From Armatimonadota bacterium (lineage in GTDB: Bacteria; Armatimonadota; UBA5829; DTLH01): a stretch of DNA of 64,000 nt. A program made the position numbers and the translations under genes. The stretch is from NCBI GenBank assembly GCA_039679675.1, contig JBDKUN010000033.1:128001-192000 (forward strand), in the 5' to 3' direction. Under the pieces are notes generated by a model. It ran no database searches, had not been told where the DNA came from, and was given only the letters and a program-made list of their open reading frames with translations. Shown one piece after another: positions 10,418-19,755 of this stretch; the first letter of the stretch is position 1; every line of letters begins with the position of its first letter.

Positions 10418-11452
10418 ATGTTATCTAGAAGAGAGCCTGATTTCGAACAGTTTAGAAAAGTAATGTTGAGAGAAGGAAAGCCATCCCATCTGCCGTTTTT
10501 CGAACTCCTAGCGAGCCCCAAATTCATCGCAACCCGCACCGGGACGGACTTCGAAAAATTGGGCTTTTATGATCCCGGCTATTGGGAGATTTATGTGGAC
10601 TTCTGGCTCGGAATGGGCTTCGACTGCATACCGATGGAGATTCCGCTTAACTGCAAGCTCGGCGAAAGGCATAACCAGCTTACTGAGGGAAGCGAGGCGG
10701 CTGCCATTATCCGCAATATGGAGGATTTCGAGAAATATCCCTGGCCGGATGAATCTGTTCCTATAGATTTCTGCCACTTCGAAACCGTTGCAAAACTTCT
10801 CCCGGAAGGTGTAAAGATAGTTGGCGGCGTCGGCATGGGACCCTATGAATGGGTCTCGCAGATGATGGGCGTAATGGGGCTTTCTTATGCACTTCTCGAC
10901 GACCCGGAACTAGTGAGATTGATGTTCGAAAAGATCGGCAATCTGCATAGAAGCGCCGACAGGCAGCTTATACAGATGGATGCGCTCGGCGCGCTCAGAC
11001 AGGGTGATGACCTTGGCTTCAAGACAGCGACGTTCCTCCGCCCGGACGATCTTCGCAAGTATGTTTTCCCGATTTACAAAGATATGGTGCAGATTGCGCA
11101 CGAGCAGGACAAGCCGTTTCTGCTTCACTCCTGCGGGAACCTTGCGGAAGTCTACGATGACCTTATCGACGACTGCAAGATCGACGCCAAGCACTCTTTC
11201 GAAGACGCTATTATGCCTGTAGCCGAGTTCAAAAAGAAATACGGCAAGCGGGTGACGCCTATAGGCGGGCTGGACGTTGATTTCATCTGTCGTGGTACAG
11301 AAGATGAGATCCGTGCCTACACAAGAAAGCAGATTGAGGCTTGCTTCTCCGACGGTTACTGGGCTCTTGGCACAGGCAATTCGCTGACCAACTACATGCC
11401 GGTGCAGAACTACATTACAGTGCTCGAAGAAGGTATGAAAGTGTGCAGTTGA
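10418..11452 (+). CDS. Uroporphyrinogen decarboxylase (URO-D/MtaA) family protein
   Basis: GDDLGFK, LHSCGN, DAKHSFED, GGLDVD, LGTGNS motifs. AAGGAG RBS before ATG 10418. Confidence 0.85.
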   Translation: MLSRREPDFEQFRKVMLREGKPSHLPFFELLASPKFIATRTGTDFEKLGFYDPGYWEIYVDFWLGMGFDCIPMEIPLNCKLGERHNQLTEGSEAAAIIRNMEDFEKYPWPDESVPIDFCHFETVAKLLPEGVKIVGGVGMGPYEWVSQMMGVMGLSYALLDDPELVRLMFEKIGNLHRSADRQLIQMDALGALRQGDDLGFKTATFLRPDDLRKYVFPIYKDMVQIAHEQDKPFLLHSCGNLAEVYDDLIDDCKIDAKHSFEDAIMPVAEFKKKYGKRVTPIGGLDVDFICRGTEDEIRAYTRKQIEACFSDGYWALGTGNSLTNYMPVQNYITVLEEGMKVCS

Positions 11453-11517
11453 CACGCAGAAGTTTGCGGGTTGTTAGTTATCTTTAAGCTTGTTCGAGAT
11501 TTATTGGCTTCGGACAC

Positions 11518-11546
11518 TATACAAAGGCTGCAAACTTTGGTATAAT
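11518..11546 (+). promoter_or_regulatory. sigma70-type promoter of tRNA-Lys
   Basis: TATACA (11518-11523), 17-bp spacer, TATAAT (11541-11546) with extended TG, 12 bp upstream of the tRNA. Confidence 0.65.
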
Positions 11547-11557
11547 AATGCGGTTCA

Positions 11558-11658
11558 AGGGCCGTTAGCTCAGTCGGCAGAGCATCTCCCTTTTAAGGAG
11601 AGGGTCATTGGTTCGAATCCAATACGGCTCACCATTCGAACAGTAGAGGTCGGGATTT
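11558..11658 (+). repeat. attL direct repeat (101 bp, identical to 25412-25512)
   Basis: Read-through comparison: AGGGCCGTTAG...CACCATTCGAACAGTAGAGGTCGGGATTT in both places. Confidence 0.95.
11559..11634 (+). tRNA. tRNA-Lys (UUU), left copy (attL)
   Basis: 76-nt cloverleaf: acceptor GGGCCGT/ACGGCTC, anticodon arm TCTCC-CTTTTAA-GGAGA, GGTTCGAATCC T-arm, encoded CCA. Confidence 0.97.
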
Positions 11659-11691
11659 CAGCTTGAATGAGCTTAAATCTTGGCCTTTTTT
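11647..11691 (+). terminator. Rho-independent terminator after left tRNA-Lys
   Basis: AGGTCGGGATTT / AAATCTTGGCCT stem followed by a T-tract. Confidence 0.75.
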
Positions 11692-11695
11692 GCTA

Positions 11696-11736
11696 CTTGG
11701 CAATCTCCCTCGACTAATGCGAAGCAATCTCTCTAG
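11696..11736 (+). repeat. Two candidate integrase arm-type sites, left end
   Basis: CTTGGCAATCTCCCTCGAC (11696-11714) and GCAATCTCTCTAG (11724-11736). The same motif occurs three times at the right end. Confidence 0.75.
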
Positions 11737-11866
11737 CTGCTTGCCACATGGACACTTGGAGTTATTCTTGCGGTCTTTTAGACACGTAAGTTGTATCAAG
11801 TCTAGCAATACAATCCAATAAAATCAAGAAAATTATGGTTGACAGCCAGCATATTATGGGATAATC

Positions 11867-11900
11867 TGAATGCAAGATAAGTAACGTTATATTGCATTCA
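11867..11900. other. 34-bp lox/dif-like recombination site (14-6-14)
   Basis: TGAATGCAAGATAA-GTAACG-TTATATTGCATTCA. Arms are inverted repeats with 1 mismatch, immediately upstream of a tyrosine recombinase. Confidence 0.7.
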
Positions 11901-11911
11901 GAGGAGAGACA

Positions 11912-12784
11912 ATGCAAAAGTCACTGGCAGTTTCGGAATTGCAGGGAATCCCAAAGCAGGCGGAAAATGATTCACAAGTTATTGTGTTGTGGCTCCACGG
12001 AAGAAGCCCGCATACTCAGAAAGCCTATGGGAATGATGTTGCCGGGTTCTTGGGCTTTGTGGGGATTGGCATCCACGAAGTAACACTGGGGATGGTTCAA
12101 TCATACTCTGATTCACTAATCGGCCTTGCGGATACTACAAGGAACCGGAAGATGTCGGCAGTAAAATCCTTCCTGTCGTTTGCTTACAGAATAGGTTATA
12201 CACCGTTTAATGTCGGAGCGCCGGTCAAAGCTCCGTCAGTAAAGAACAGGCTTGCTGAACGTATCTTGTCCGAGTCTGATATTCAAAGAATCATAGCTCT
12301 GGAACCGAATACCCGCAATCGAGTTCTACTGACTTTGCTTTATGCCAGCGGCGGACGGGTTTCCGAGCTTTGTGCGTTGACCTGGAAAGACACACAGGAG
12401 AGGAAAGACGGGGGACAGGTTACACTTTACGGTAAGGGCGGCAAGACGCGTGCTGTACTGCTCTCAGAACCGACCTGGAAGACGCTGCAGTCAATTAGGA
12501 TAGATACGGACCCGGAATCGCCAATATTCGTCTCTCGCAAGGGGAGGGGACACCTCGATACTTCTCAGGTTCACCGAATTGTACGTGCAGCAGCACGTCG
12601 GGCAGGTATAGAAAGCAATGTCTCTCCGCATTGGTTCCGGCACGCGCACGCTTCACATGCTCTTGATAGAGGATGCCCGATTCACTTGGTTCAAGCTACT
12701 CTCGGACACGCCAGCGTAGCTACGACCGGGAAATATACACACGCAAGACCGAATGAGAGCAGCTCAAAATATCTGGCTATATAA
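11912..12784 (+). CDS. XerC/D-like tyrosine recombinase (putative resolvase of the element)
   Basis: GGRVSEL, GKGGK, HWFRH, LGH and catalytic Tyr (TGKY). GAGGAG RBS. Confidence 0.92.
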   Translation: MQKSLAVSELQGIPKQAENDSQVIVLWLHGRSPHTQKAYGNDVAGFLGFVGIGIHEVTLGMVQSYSDSLIGLADTTRNRKMSAVKSFLSFAYRIGYTPFNVGAPVKAPSVKNRLAERILSESDIQRIIALEPNTRNRVLLTLLYASGGRVSELCALTWKDTQERKDGGQVTLYGKGGKTRAVLLSEPTWKTLQSIRIDTDPESPIFVSRKGRGHLDTSQVHRIVRAAARRAGIESNVSPHWFRHAHASHALDRGCPIHLVQATLGHASVATTGKYTHARPNESSSKYLAI

Positions 12785-12905
12785 GATGTTTTAGTGCTAG
12801 AATGCTGAGCCTGTATATTACATTTAATCCATTTTTAATGGTATAATTCGCCTGTTTTTAGTTGATATATTACTAACTGTATAGCTGATGCTAGAAAGGT
12901 TCGAA

Positions 12906-13610
12906 ATGGCTGGTGATATAAACAGTGAAATAAAATTATTCTTTGAAGACCCTACTGTACCACTCGATACATCAAAGGAATGTAGTGTCCTTAAGTTTCT
13001 TCTTTGTAATATATACACTTGTTTCGGCAAAAAAATCGATTCAAATGATGGGGATTTAGATATGCCGTTTCAACCTTTATGGGCAGGCGCGATGTGTGTA
13101 TTCGCGGGGATAGATTTGTTAGCCAAATTTCTAAAAGGCTCTGATGCACAGACCCGAAATGATAATAGCGGGATTCGATTCAAGGAATATATGGATAATT
13201 ATATGCCCGGTACCAATGGACATATAGAAACTCTTTACCAGCTTAGGAATTCGTTAGTGCACTCATTTGGATGGTATTCTGAGGATAAGGATAACAATAT
13301 TTATCGCTTCAGATTATCCAGGAATGGCCAATTGGTTGATGCACAAAATAACAATATATACATGGTGAATATCCTGAAATTACTTGATGAGTTTGCTCAA
13401 TCCATAGCTAGTTACAAGAATGATTTGGAAAACGATAGTGAAGGGACGCTTAAAAGCAATTTTGATAATATGTATAGCCGCTATGGTGTAATAGAGTATG
13501 GTTTAGAGCCTCAACAAGGCTCAACAAAATCTACTACTATATTAGCTGATATTGGTTATGGTAATAAATACTCAGTCACATCGCCTGACTCATCGGGAGC
13601 TGGCTGGTAA
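12906..13610 (+). CDS. Hypothetical protein with candidate HEPN RNase motif
   Basis: AT-rich cargo gene; helical protein with LYQLRNSLVHSF (R-x4-H). Start re-called to ATG 12906 after GAAAGG. Confidence 0.55.
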   Translation: MAGDINSEIKLFFEDPTVPLDTSKECSVLKFLLCNIYTCFGKKIDSNDGDLDMPFQPLWAGAMCVFAGIDLLAKFLKGSDAQTRNDNSGIRFKEYMDNYMPGTNGHIETLYQLRNSLVHSFGWYSEDKDNNIYRFRLSRNGQLVDAQNNNIYMVNILKLLDEFAQSIASYKNDLENDSEGTLKSNFDNMYSRYGVIEYGLEPQQGSTKSTTILADIGYGNKYSVTSPDSSGAGW

Positions 13611-13689
13611 ATAGGCATCCTTATTTAATATGGCTTATAATAAGGCTGATTTCAAAATCATCGGTTTATGGCCAGTCGCCAAAAGATAG

Positions 13690-13800
13690 TTATCTAGTCA
13701 GACGCTTCAGCATCCTAATGCAGGCGATGGTCAGCAACAATAAGGTTGTTGACTGAATCACAATGCCCACAGCAAGAATAACCTCCGTCAGCTTGCTCAT
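13690..13800 (-). CDS. 36-aa single-TM peptide, candidate type I toxin (not in ORF track)
   Basis: Translates to MSKLTEVILAVGIVIQSTTLLLLTIACIRMLKRLTR*. The AAAGGGGGAA RBS is sequestered in a hairpin. Confidence 0.6.
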   Translation of the reverse strand: MSKLTEVILAVGIVIQSTTLLLLTIACIRMLKRLTR

Positions 13801-14074
13801 AGAGCATTCCCCCTTTCGGGTAGTGCTCTACAGCCATGCTTTCGCATCATCCTCGTATGAACGGAAGAAGCCCCTCCTTCTGTAGGCTATCTACAGTGGT
13901 TTCAACTGCAATGCAGTTGTTGATGTATGACGACCAGCCAATCACATTTTAGCACATTACTATTTGCAGCCATCACAAAGCAGGAATATACATCACAGCA
14001 GCCGAATACATTGTTGCTGGGACCGTGTAGTTTTGGCTCCTCAACGATTTTGTATTCCCCTGTGAGGTTCAATA

Positions 14075-16936
14075 ATGGCAAAAGAGAAGAAGTCCATCGA
14101 GCAGTACGACCACAAAGGCAAACAGAGGGTAAACAATCCGCCTGTCGGCCTTGTTGACCCGGAAACGGATAAAGACGCCGGGAAGAAAGCTTATGCTTAT
14201 GACCCGCACATCGACCCGGCTTTGCAGTTTGATTGCAAGCGGAGCGAGGTTGAGCAAATCATCGACGATGGACTTTCAGCCGATACCAAAGACCCTTCGG
14301 AAGCAGTTGAAGCTTTGCAGGTTGCTCGAAAGGCGCTTCTTGAGCTGAAGAAACGGCAGGAGCCTTATCTTAACTGGTCGGGTAAGGCAGAGCGTACGTC
14401 CTTCGATGTCCCGACAGTATCCCTCCATGTTCACGAGCGAATCGACCCAAGAACCATTATCGAAGCTGTGCGAAAAAAACGGGAGCCGGACCTTCAGCCG
14501 TCATTGTTCGAGTGTGCCGAAGAAAACCCTCCGATACACGAAGCTATCGAGTTCTACAAGCATAAACACAACTGGTCGAACCGGCTTATTGCAGGTGACA
14601 GCCTGGTTGTTATGAACTCGCTTCTGGAGAAGGAAGGACTCGGCGGGCAGGTGCAGATGATTTACATCGACCCGCCTTACGGCATCAAGTACGGCAGCAA
14701 TTTCCAGCCGTTTGTAAACAAGCGGGATGTAAAGGACGGCAAAGACGAAGACCTTACCCAGGAACCGGAGATGATAAAGGCTTTTCGGGATACTTGGGAA
14801 CTCGGCGTACATTCGTATCTTGCCTATTTGCGTGACAGGCTTCTGCTTGCCAGAGAACTATTGACCGAGAGCGGAAGCGTGTTTGTGCAGATTTCGGATG
14901 AGAATCTACACCTTGTTCGAAATCTATTAGATGATGTATTTGGTGCTTCTAACTTTATCGCTGTTATTCCATTTCGTAAGAAGACGATGCCTTTCAAAAC
15001 TAAGCTTATTCAGCAAATGTATGATTTCTTGATTTGGTATGCTCGGAGTAAGTGGGATTCACAGGAACAACTAATTATAAAGTACAGGAAACTATTTAGA
15101 AGCCAAAATATAACACCTGACAATGACTGGTGTTGGTATGAGATGCCTGATGGCACTCGCCACAAGATGAGCAAGCAGCAGTTGAATGGTCAAGAACCGT
15201 TGCCAGATGGTTGTCATATATACCGTTTAAAATCACTCGAACCATCTGGAACAAATCAAAGTGGCAAAAAACATTATCCTTTTCATGGCAAGGATTTCTT
15301 TCCTCCACGTGGAGGATGGGGTACGGACCTCGAAACTTTGGAATCAGCAAATCGCATTCAACCAAAAGGAGAACTTCTTAACTATGTTCTCTTCTTCAAG
15401 GATTACCAAGTTACACCGCTTACCTCACCTTGGACTGATACCGTAGGACCACAGGACAAATGTTATGTAGTCCAAACAAATGATGATGTTATTGCTCGGT
15501 GTATTCATATGACCACCGACCCCGGCGACCTCGTTTTAGACCCAACCTGCGGTTCAGGTACGACAGCTTTTGTTGCAGAACAATTGGGGCGCAGATGGAT
15601 AACCTGTGATACATCCCGTGTTGCAGTAACACTTGCAAAACAGCGGTTGATGACTTCGGCTTTCGACTATTATCGGCTTGCTCACCCGGAAGAAGGCATC
15701 GGCAGCGGGTTCAAGTATAAGACGGTGCCTCATATCACTCTAGAATCCATCACAAACAACGAGGAAATCGACCGTATCTACGGACGGCTGCATCCGGGAA
15801 TAGAATCGGCGCTTGAGGATTTGAATAAAGCAGTCGGACTTTCGCTTGAAGAATGGGAAGTCCCGTTCGAGCTTCCTGAAGGTTGGGACGAAAAGGCAAA
15901 AGAACCGTTCAAGAGGTTCCGCAGGCTCAAGCGTGAGATGCAGAAAAAGATGGACGAGAGCATCCAGCGGAACGCAGACCAGGAAACGCTTTATGACCAG
16001 CCTTATGTAGATAAATCCAAGCTGCGCATAACCGGACCGTTCACTGTGGAGTCCGTACCTGCTCCAGTTGCTCTGCCGCTCGATGAAATTGAGCCTGAAC
16101 CGATGGAAGCCGATGAAAGCGTGGCAAGGTCGGGTGAGACTCTGCGTAAAACCGAGTGGAGAGAAGAGCTGCAGAAGACAGGCATACGCGGTAAGAACGG
16201 GCAAAGAATCGAGTTCACGCGTCTTGAGCCGTTAGCCGGGACCAGGTGGCTCCACGCCGACGGAGAGACAAAGGAAGCCAATCCTCAGAGAGTGGTTGTC
16301 TCGTTTGGAAGTGAATTTGCGCCATTGGAACAAAGGCAGGTAGAGCTGGCGCTGGAAGAAGCACGAAGCCTTGTTCCCAAACCCAAAATGGTTGTCTTTG
16401 CATCCTTCCAATTCGACCCGGAAGCATCGAAAGACATAGACGGCATCAACTGGCCGGGTATCACAGTGCTGAAGGTCCAGATGAACACAGACCTGCTGAC
16501 AGATGACCTGAAGAAGAAGCGCTCCAACAATGAGAGCTTCTGGCTTATCGGACAGCCGGATGTGAATTTGTTCCAGTTGAAGGACGGAGAGAATGCCGGG
16601 AAGTATGTGGTCGAGGTCGCGGGATTCGATTATTACAATACGAAGACCGGCGCAGTAGAATCCGGCGGTACTGAGAAGATAGCCGTCTGGATGCTCGATA
16701 CGGATTATGACGGCAGGAGCCTTTACCCCAGGCAGGTGTTCTTCCCTATGTCCGATACTTCAAATGGTTGGTTAAAGCTCGCAAAGAATCTGAACGGTGA
16801 GATTGACCATGAGCTTATCGAGGCTTACAGAGGAACTGTCTCCCTGCCGTTTGAAGCTGGTGAATACAAGAGAGTGGCCGTAAAGATAGTTGATGACCGC
16901 GGCATTGAGAGTCTGAAAATAATCGAGGTGGAATGA
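14075..16936 (+). CDS. mod: Type III restriction-modification methyltransferase (Mod subunit)
   Basis: IYIDPPY (motif IV) precedes DLVLDPTCGSGTT (motif I), i.e. beta-class order. Overlaps the res start. Confidence 0.9.
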   Translation: MAKEKKSIEQYDHKGKQRVNNPPVGLVDPETDKDAGKKAYAYDPHIDPALQFDCKRSEVEQIIDDGLSADTKDPSEAVEALQVARKALLELKKRQEPYLNWSGKAERTSFDVPTVSLHVHERIDPRTIIEAVRKKREPDLQPSLFECAEENPPIHEAIEFYKHKHNWSNRLIAGDSLVVMNSLLEKEGLGGQVQMIYIDPPYGIKYGSNFQPFVNKRDVKDGKDEDLTQEPEMIKAFRDTWELGVHSYLAYLRDRLLLARELLTESGSVFVQISDENLHLVRNLLDDVFGASNFIAVIPFRKKTMPFKTKLIQQMYDFLIWYARSKWDSQEQLIIKYRKLFRSQNITPDNDWCWYEMPDGTRHKMSKQQLNGQEPLPDGCHIYRLKSLEPSGTNQSGKKHYPFHGKDFFPPRGGWGTDLETLESANRIQPKGELLNYVLFFKDYQVTPLTSPWTDTVGPQDKCYVVQTNDDVIARCIHMTTDPGDLVLDPTCGSGTTAFVAEQLGRRWITCDTSRVAVTLAKQRLMTSAFDYYRLAHPEEGIGSGFKYKTVPHITLESITNNEEIDRIYGRLHPGIESALEDLNKAVGLSLEEWEVPFELPEGWDEKAKEPFKRFRRLKREMQKKMDESIQRNADQETLYDQPYVDKSKLRITGPFTVESVPAPVALPLDEIEPEPMEADESVARSGETLRKTEWREELQKTGIRGKNGQRIEFTRLEPLAGTRWLHADGETKEANPQRVVVSFGSEFAPLEQRQVELALEEARSLVPKPKMVVFASFQFDPEASKDIDGINWPGITVLKVQMNTDLLTDDLKKKRSNNESFWLIGQPDVNLFQLKDGENAGKYVVEVAGFDYYNTKTGAVESGGTEKIAVWMLDTDYDGRSLYPRQVFFPMSDTSNGWLKLAKNLNGEIDHELIEAYRGTVSLPFEAGEYKRVAVKIVDDRGIESLKIIEVE

Positions 16937-19743
16937 TGGGAAAAGCGTCAATAGACAAGCTCATCATAAACTCACCTTATGAAGAGCCGAAAAGCTACTG
17001 GAAGTACGAGCTTGCCAACAAGACGTTTACACAGGAGCCGGGCAGACGACCGGCGGGATACGTCACAGCAAAGCCGGGTTCACGGTCCTTTGATGACCCA
17101 GGAATCTTCGTGCCGTTGCCTTTGGTAAATCAGATTCGCCCGCGCGTCAAGGCATGGAGGGAATCCGGCTATCCCGGTGTTACCGGCATTACCAAGCGTC
17201 TGTTGGAACACTGGAATGACCGTAAAAACAGAGATTCGGACCGGCGGCTCTTCTTTTGCCAGTTGGAAGCAATAGAAACGCTTATATGGCTTGTTGAAGC
17301 GCCTGATTCAGAGACGGTAGGCATTGAGATTCCATCAGACGGAGGAGAGTTCAACAGACTTTGCAGCAAGCTGGCAACAGGCACAGGAAAAACTGTTGTA
17401 ATGGCAATGCTGATTGCATGGCAGGTTCTGAACAAGGTTGCTTACCCGCAAGATACGCGGTTTTCGAAGTATGTTTTCATTGTTGCGCCGGGACTTACGG
17501 TAAAGAGCAGATTGCAGGTCCTGATTCCATCCGGCAAAAGCAATTTCTACGATGAATTCGGCATAATCCCTCAAGGGATGATGGACAAACTCCGGCAGGG
17601 GAAGGTTCTTATTCATAACTGGCATAAGCTGGACTGGGAAACGGAAGAACAGCTCGCAAAGAGGAAATCAGCCGATAAACGCGGTGTAAAGAGCAATGAA
17701 GCATACGTTAGAGATGTCCTGGGGGAACTCAGCAATTATAGAAATATAGTTGTTATAAACGATGAAGCGCATCACGCATGGCGCATACCTGCGGAATCAA
17801 AGGTTAGAGGGGTAAAGAAAGAGCAAATCAATGAAGCGACCAAGTGGATTGGCGGACTGGACAGAATCCATCAGTCAAGAGGTATCCTTACCTGCTTTGA
17901 TTTCTCCGCTACGCCGTTTGCTCCGTCCGGCAAGAAAAGCAATGAAGAAGCTCTTTTCGGGTGGATTATAAGTGATTTCGGCCTTAATGACGCCATTGAA
18001 TCGGGTTTGGTAAAGACCCCGCGTGTAGTGGTAAGGGACGACGGAAAATATACTCGCGAATACAAATCAAGACTCTACCATATTTATATGGACCCAGAAG
18101 TAAAAGATGATTTGAATCGAAAAGCTGAAGAACACGAGCCGCTTCCCTCACTTGTAAGTAATGCTTATTACCTGCTTGGAAAGGATTGGCTGGAGACTGC
18201 TAATGTCTGGAAAGAAGCCGGTATGCGGACTCCTCCGGTTATGATAACGGTTGCCAACACAACCAACACAGCAGCAAGAGTAAAGTATTCATTTGACCAC
18301 AAAGCAATATTGATTGAGGAGCTTTGCGTTCCTGATAAGACTTTGCATATAGATTCAAAAGTGCTGGATATGGCCGAATCTCAAGATGAACCGGTATCTG
18401 CAGATGAGGTTATCATCGAAACAGATGATGAAGAAGAGAAATTGGAACCGACCAGAAAGCTCTCGAAAAAGGAGCTTGCTGAACAATTAAGGACATGCGT
18501 TGACACTGTTGGACAAATCGGCAAGCCTGGCGAACAGGTGCAAAAGGTCATATCTGTTGGGATGTTGTCGGAAGGTTGGGATGCTAAGACAGTCACGCAT
18601 ATAATGGGCTTGCGTGCGTTTTCTAGCCAGCTACTATGCGAACAGGTTGTAGGACGCGGTCTAAGGAGGACATCATACGAAACGAATCCTGAAACCGGGT
18701 TTTTTGAAGCAGAGTATGTAAATATCTTTGGTGTTCCGTTTTCATTTCTGCCACATGAAGGCGATGAGACGACTCCACCAAATCCGCCATCACCGAAAAC
18801 TGCAATTGAGCCAGACCCAACCAAAAGCAGGCGCGAAATTACATTCCCGAATATTATACGTATTGACCATACTTACAAGCCTATCTTGACCCTTGATTTG
18901 GAAGATGTGGAGCCGCTTTTTATTGATGCATACGATACAACCACCATAGCGGAAATGGCTCCGATTCTGGAAGGTAAACCCGATATAACCAAGCTATCGT
19001 CGATAGAGTTGGAAGACCTCGGCAGGAAGTTCAGAATGCAGAAGGTTATCTTTGAAGCAGCGGCTATGGTTTATGATGATATTCAGCCTAATTGGAAAGG
19101 CAGCAAGGCATACTTACTTGCTCAAGTCATACGGCTTGTTGAGAAATTCATTCTCTCGGACAAAATCAGGATTCAGCCGGAACTTTTCTATCATAATGAG
19201 CTGAAGAAGCGCATATTGTTGACTTTGAACATGGTAAGCATTGTCCGGCATATTTTCAGGTTCATACGCCTGCAAAATTCGGAAGGCATTGCTGCAATCT
19301 TCGACCAGGATAACCCTATGCGTTCAACCAGGGACATGAGGACCTGGTATACAGGCAAGCCGAATCAATATACCCTGAAATCTCATATAAATAGAAGCGT
19401 GTTTGATAGCACATGGGAAGCAAGCGAAGCGTTCCAGCTTGACTACAGCGACTTGGTGGATTCCTGGGTCAGAAATGACCACTTGGGTTTTGAAATCTAC
19501 TATACCTATGGTGGAGTGGTACGCAAGTATCGCCCGGACTTTATTATAAAGTTGACGACCGGTACTAACCTTGTATTGGAAGTGAAAGGACAGGATACCA
19601 AACAGGACAAAGTGAAACGTGATTATCTGCAGGAATGGATAAATGCAGTAAATCAGAACGGCTGCTTCGGAAAATGGACATGGGATGTATCGTATAGTCC
19701 TTCCGATGTATTAGACATAATTCATAAGGCAGCACAGCTTTAG
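16933..19743 (+). CDS. res: Type III restriction endonuclease (Res subunit, SF2 helicase + PD-(D/E)xK)
   Basis: LATGTGKT Walker A, NDEAHH, SATP, EQVVGRGLR, C-terminal RPDFII...LEVKG. Confidence 0.9.
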   Translation: MMGKASIDKLIINSPYEEPKSYWKYELANKTFTQEPGRRPAGYVTAKPGSRSFDDPGIFVPLPLVNQIRPRVKAWRESGYPGVTGITKRLLEHWNDRKNRDSDRRLFFCQLEAIETLIWLVEAPDSETVGIEIPSDGGEFNRLCSKLATGTGKTVVMAMLIAWQVLNKVAYPQDTRFSKYVFIVAPGLTVKSRLQVLIPSGKSNFYDEFGIIPQGMMDKLRQGKVLIHNWHKLDWETEEQLAKRKSADKRGVKSNEAYVRDVLGELSNYRNIVVINDEAHHAWRIPAESKVRGVKKEQINEATKWIGGLDRIHQSRGILTCFDFSATPFAPSGKKSNEEALFGWIISDFGLNDAIESGLVKTPRVVVRDDGKYTREYKSRLYHIYMDPEVKDDLNRKAEEHEPLPSLVSNAYYLLGKDWLETANVWKEAGMRTPPVMITVANTTNTAARVKYSFDHKAILIEELCVPDKTLHIDSKVLDMAESQDEPVSADEVIIETDDEEEKLEPTRKLSKKELAEQLRTCVDTVGQIGKPGEQVQKVISVGMLSEGWDAKTVTHIMGLRAFSSQLLCEQVVGRGLRRTSYETNPETGFFEAEYVNIFGVPFSFLPHEGDETTPPNPPSPKTAIEPDPTKSRREITFPNIIRIDHTYKPILTLDLEDVEPLFIDAYDTTTIAEMAPILEGKPDITKLSSIELEDLGRKFRMQKVIFEAAAMVYDDIQPNWKGSKAYLLAQVIRLVEKFILSDKIRIQPELFYHNELKKRILLTLNMVSIVRHIFRFIRLQNSEGIAAIFDQDNPMRSTRDMRTWYTGKPNQYTLKSHINRSVFDSTWEASEAFQLDYSDLVDSWVRNDHLGFEIYYTYGGVVRKYRPDFIIKLTTGTNLVLEVKGQDTKQDKVKRDYLQEWINAVNQNGCFGKWTWDVSYSPSDVLDIIHKAAQL

Positions 19744-19755
19744 CATCCATAAATT

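Noticed and set aside
11912..12784. Calling this gene the chromosomal xerC/xerD
   Set aside because: It lies inside the att-bounded element and has its own symmetric site, so it is more likely an element resolvase. No gene symbol assigned.
13927..14157. 76-aa plus-strand ORF overlapping the mod start
   Set aside because: No RBS or motif, and it overlaps mod out of frame. The region is better explained as promoter/leader DNA.
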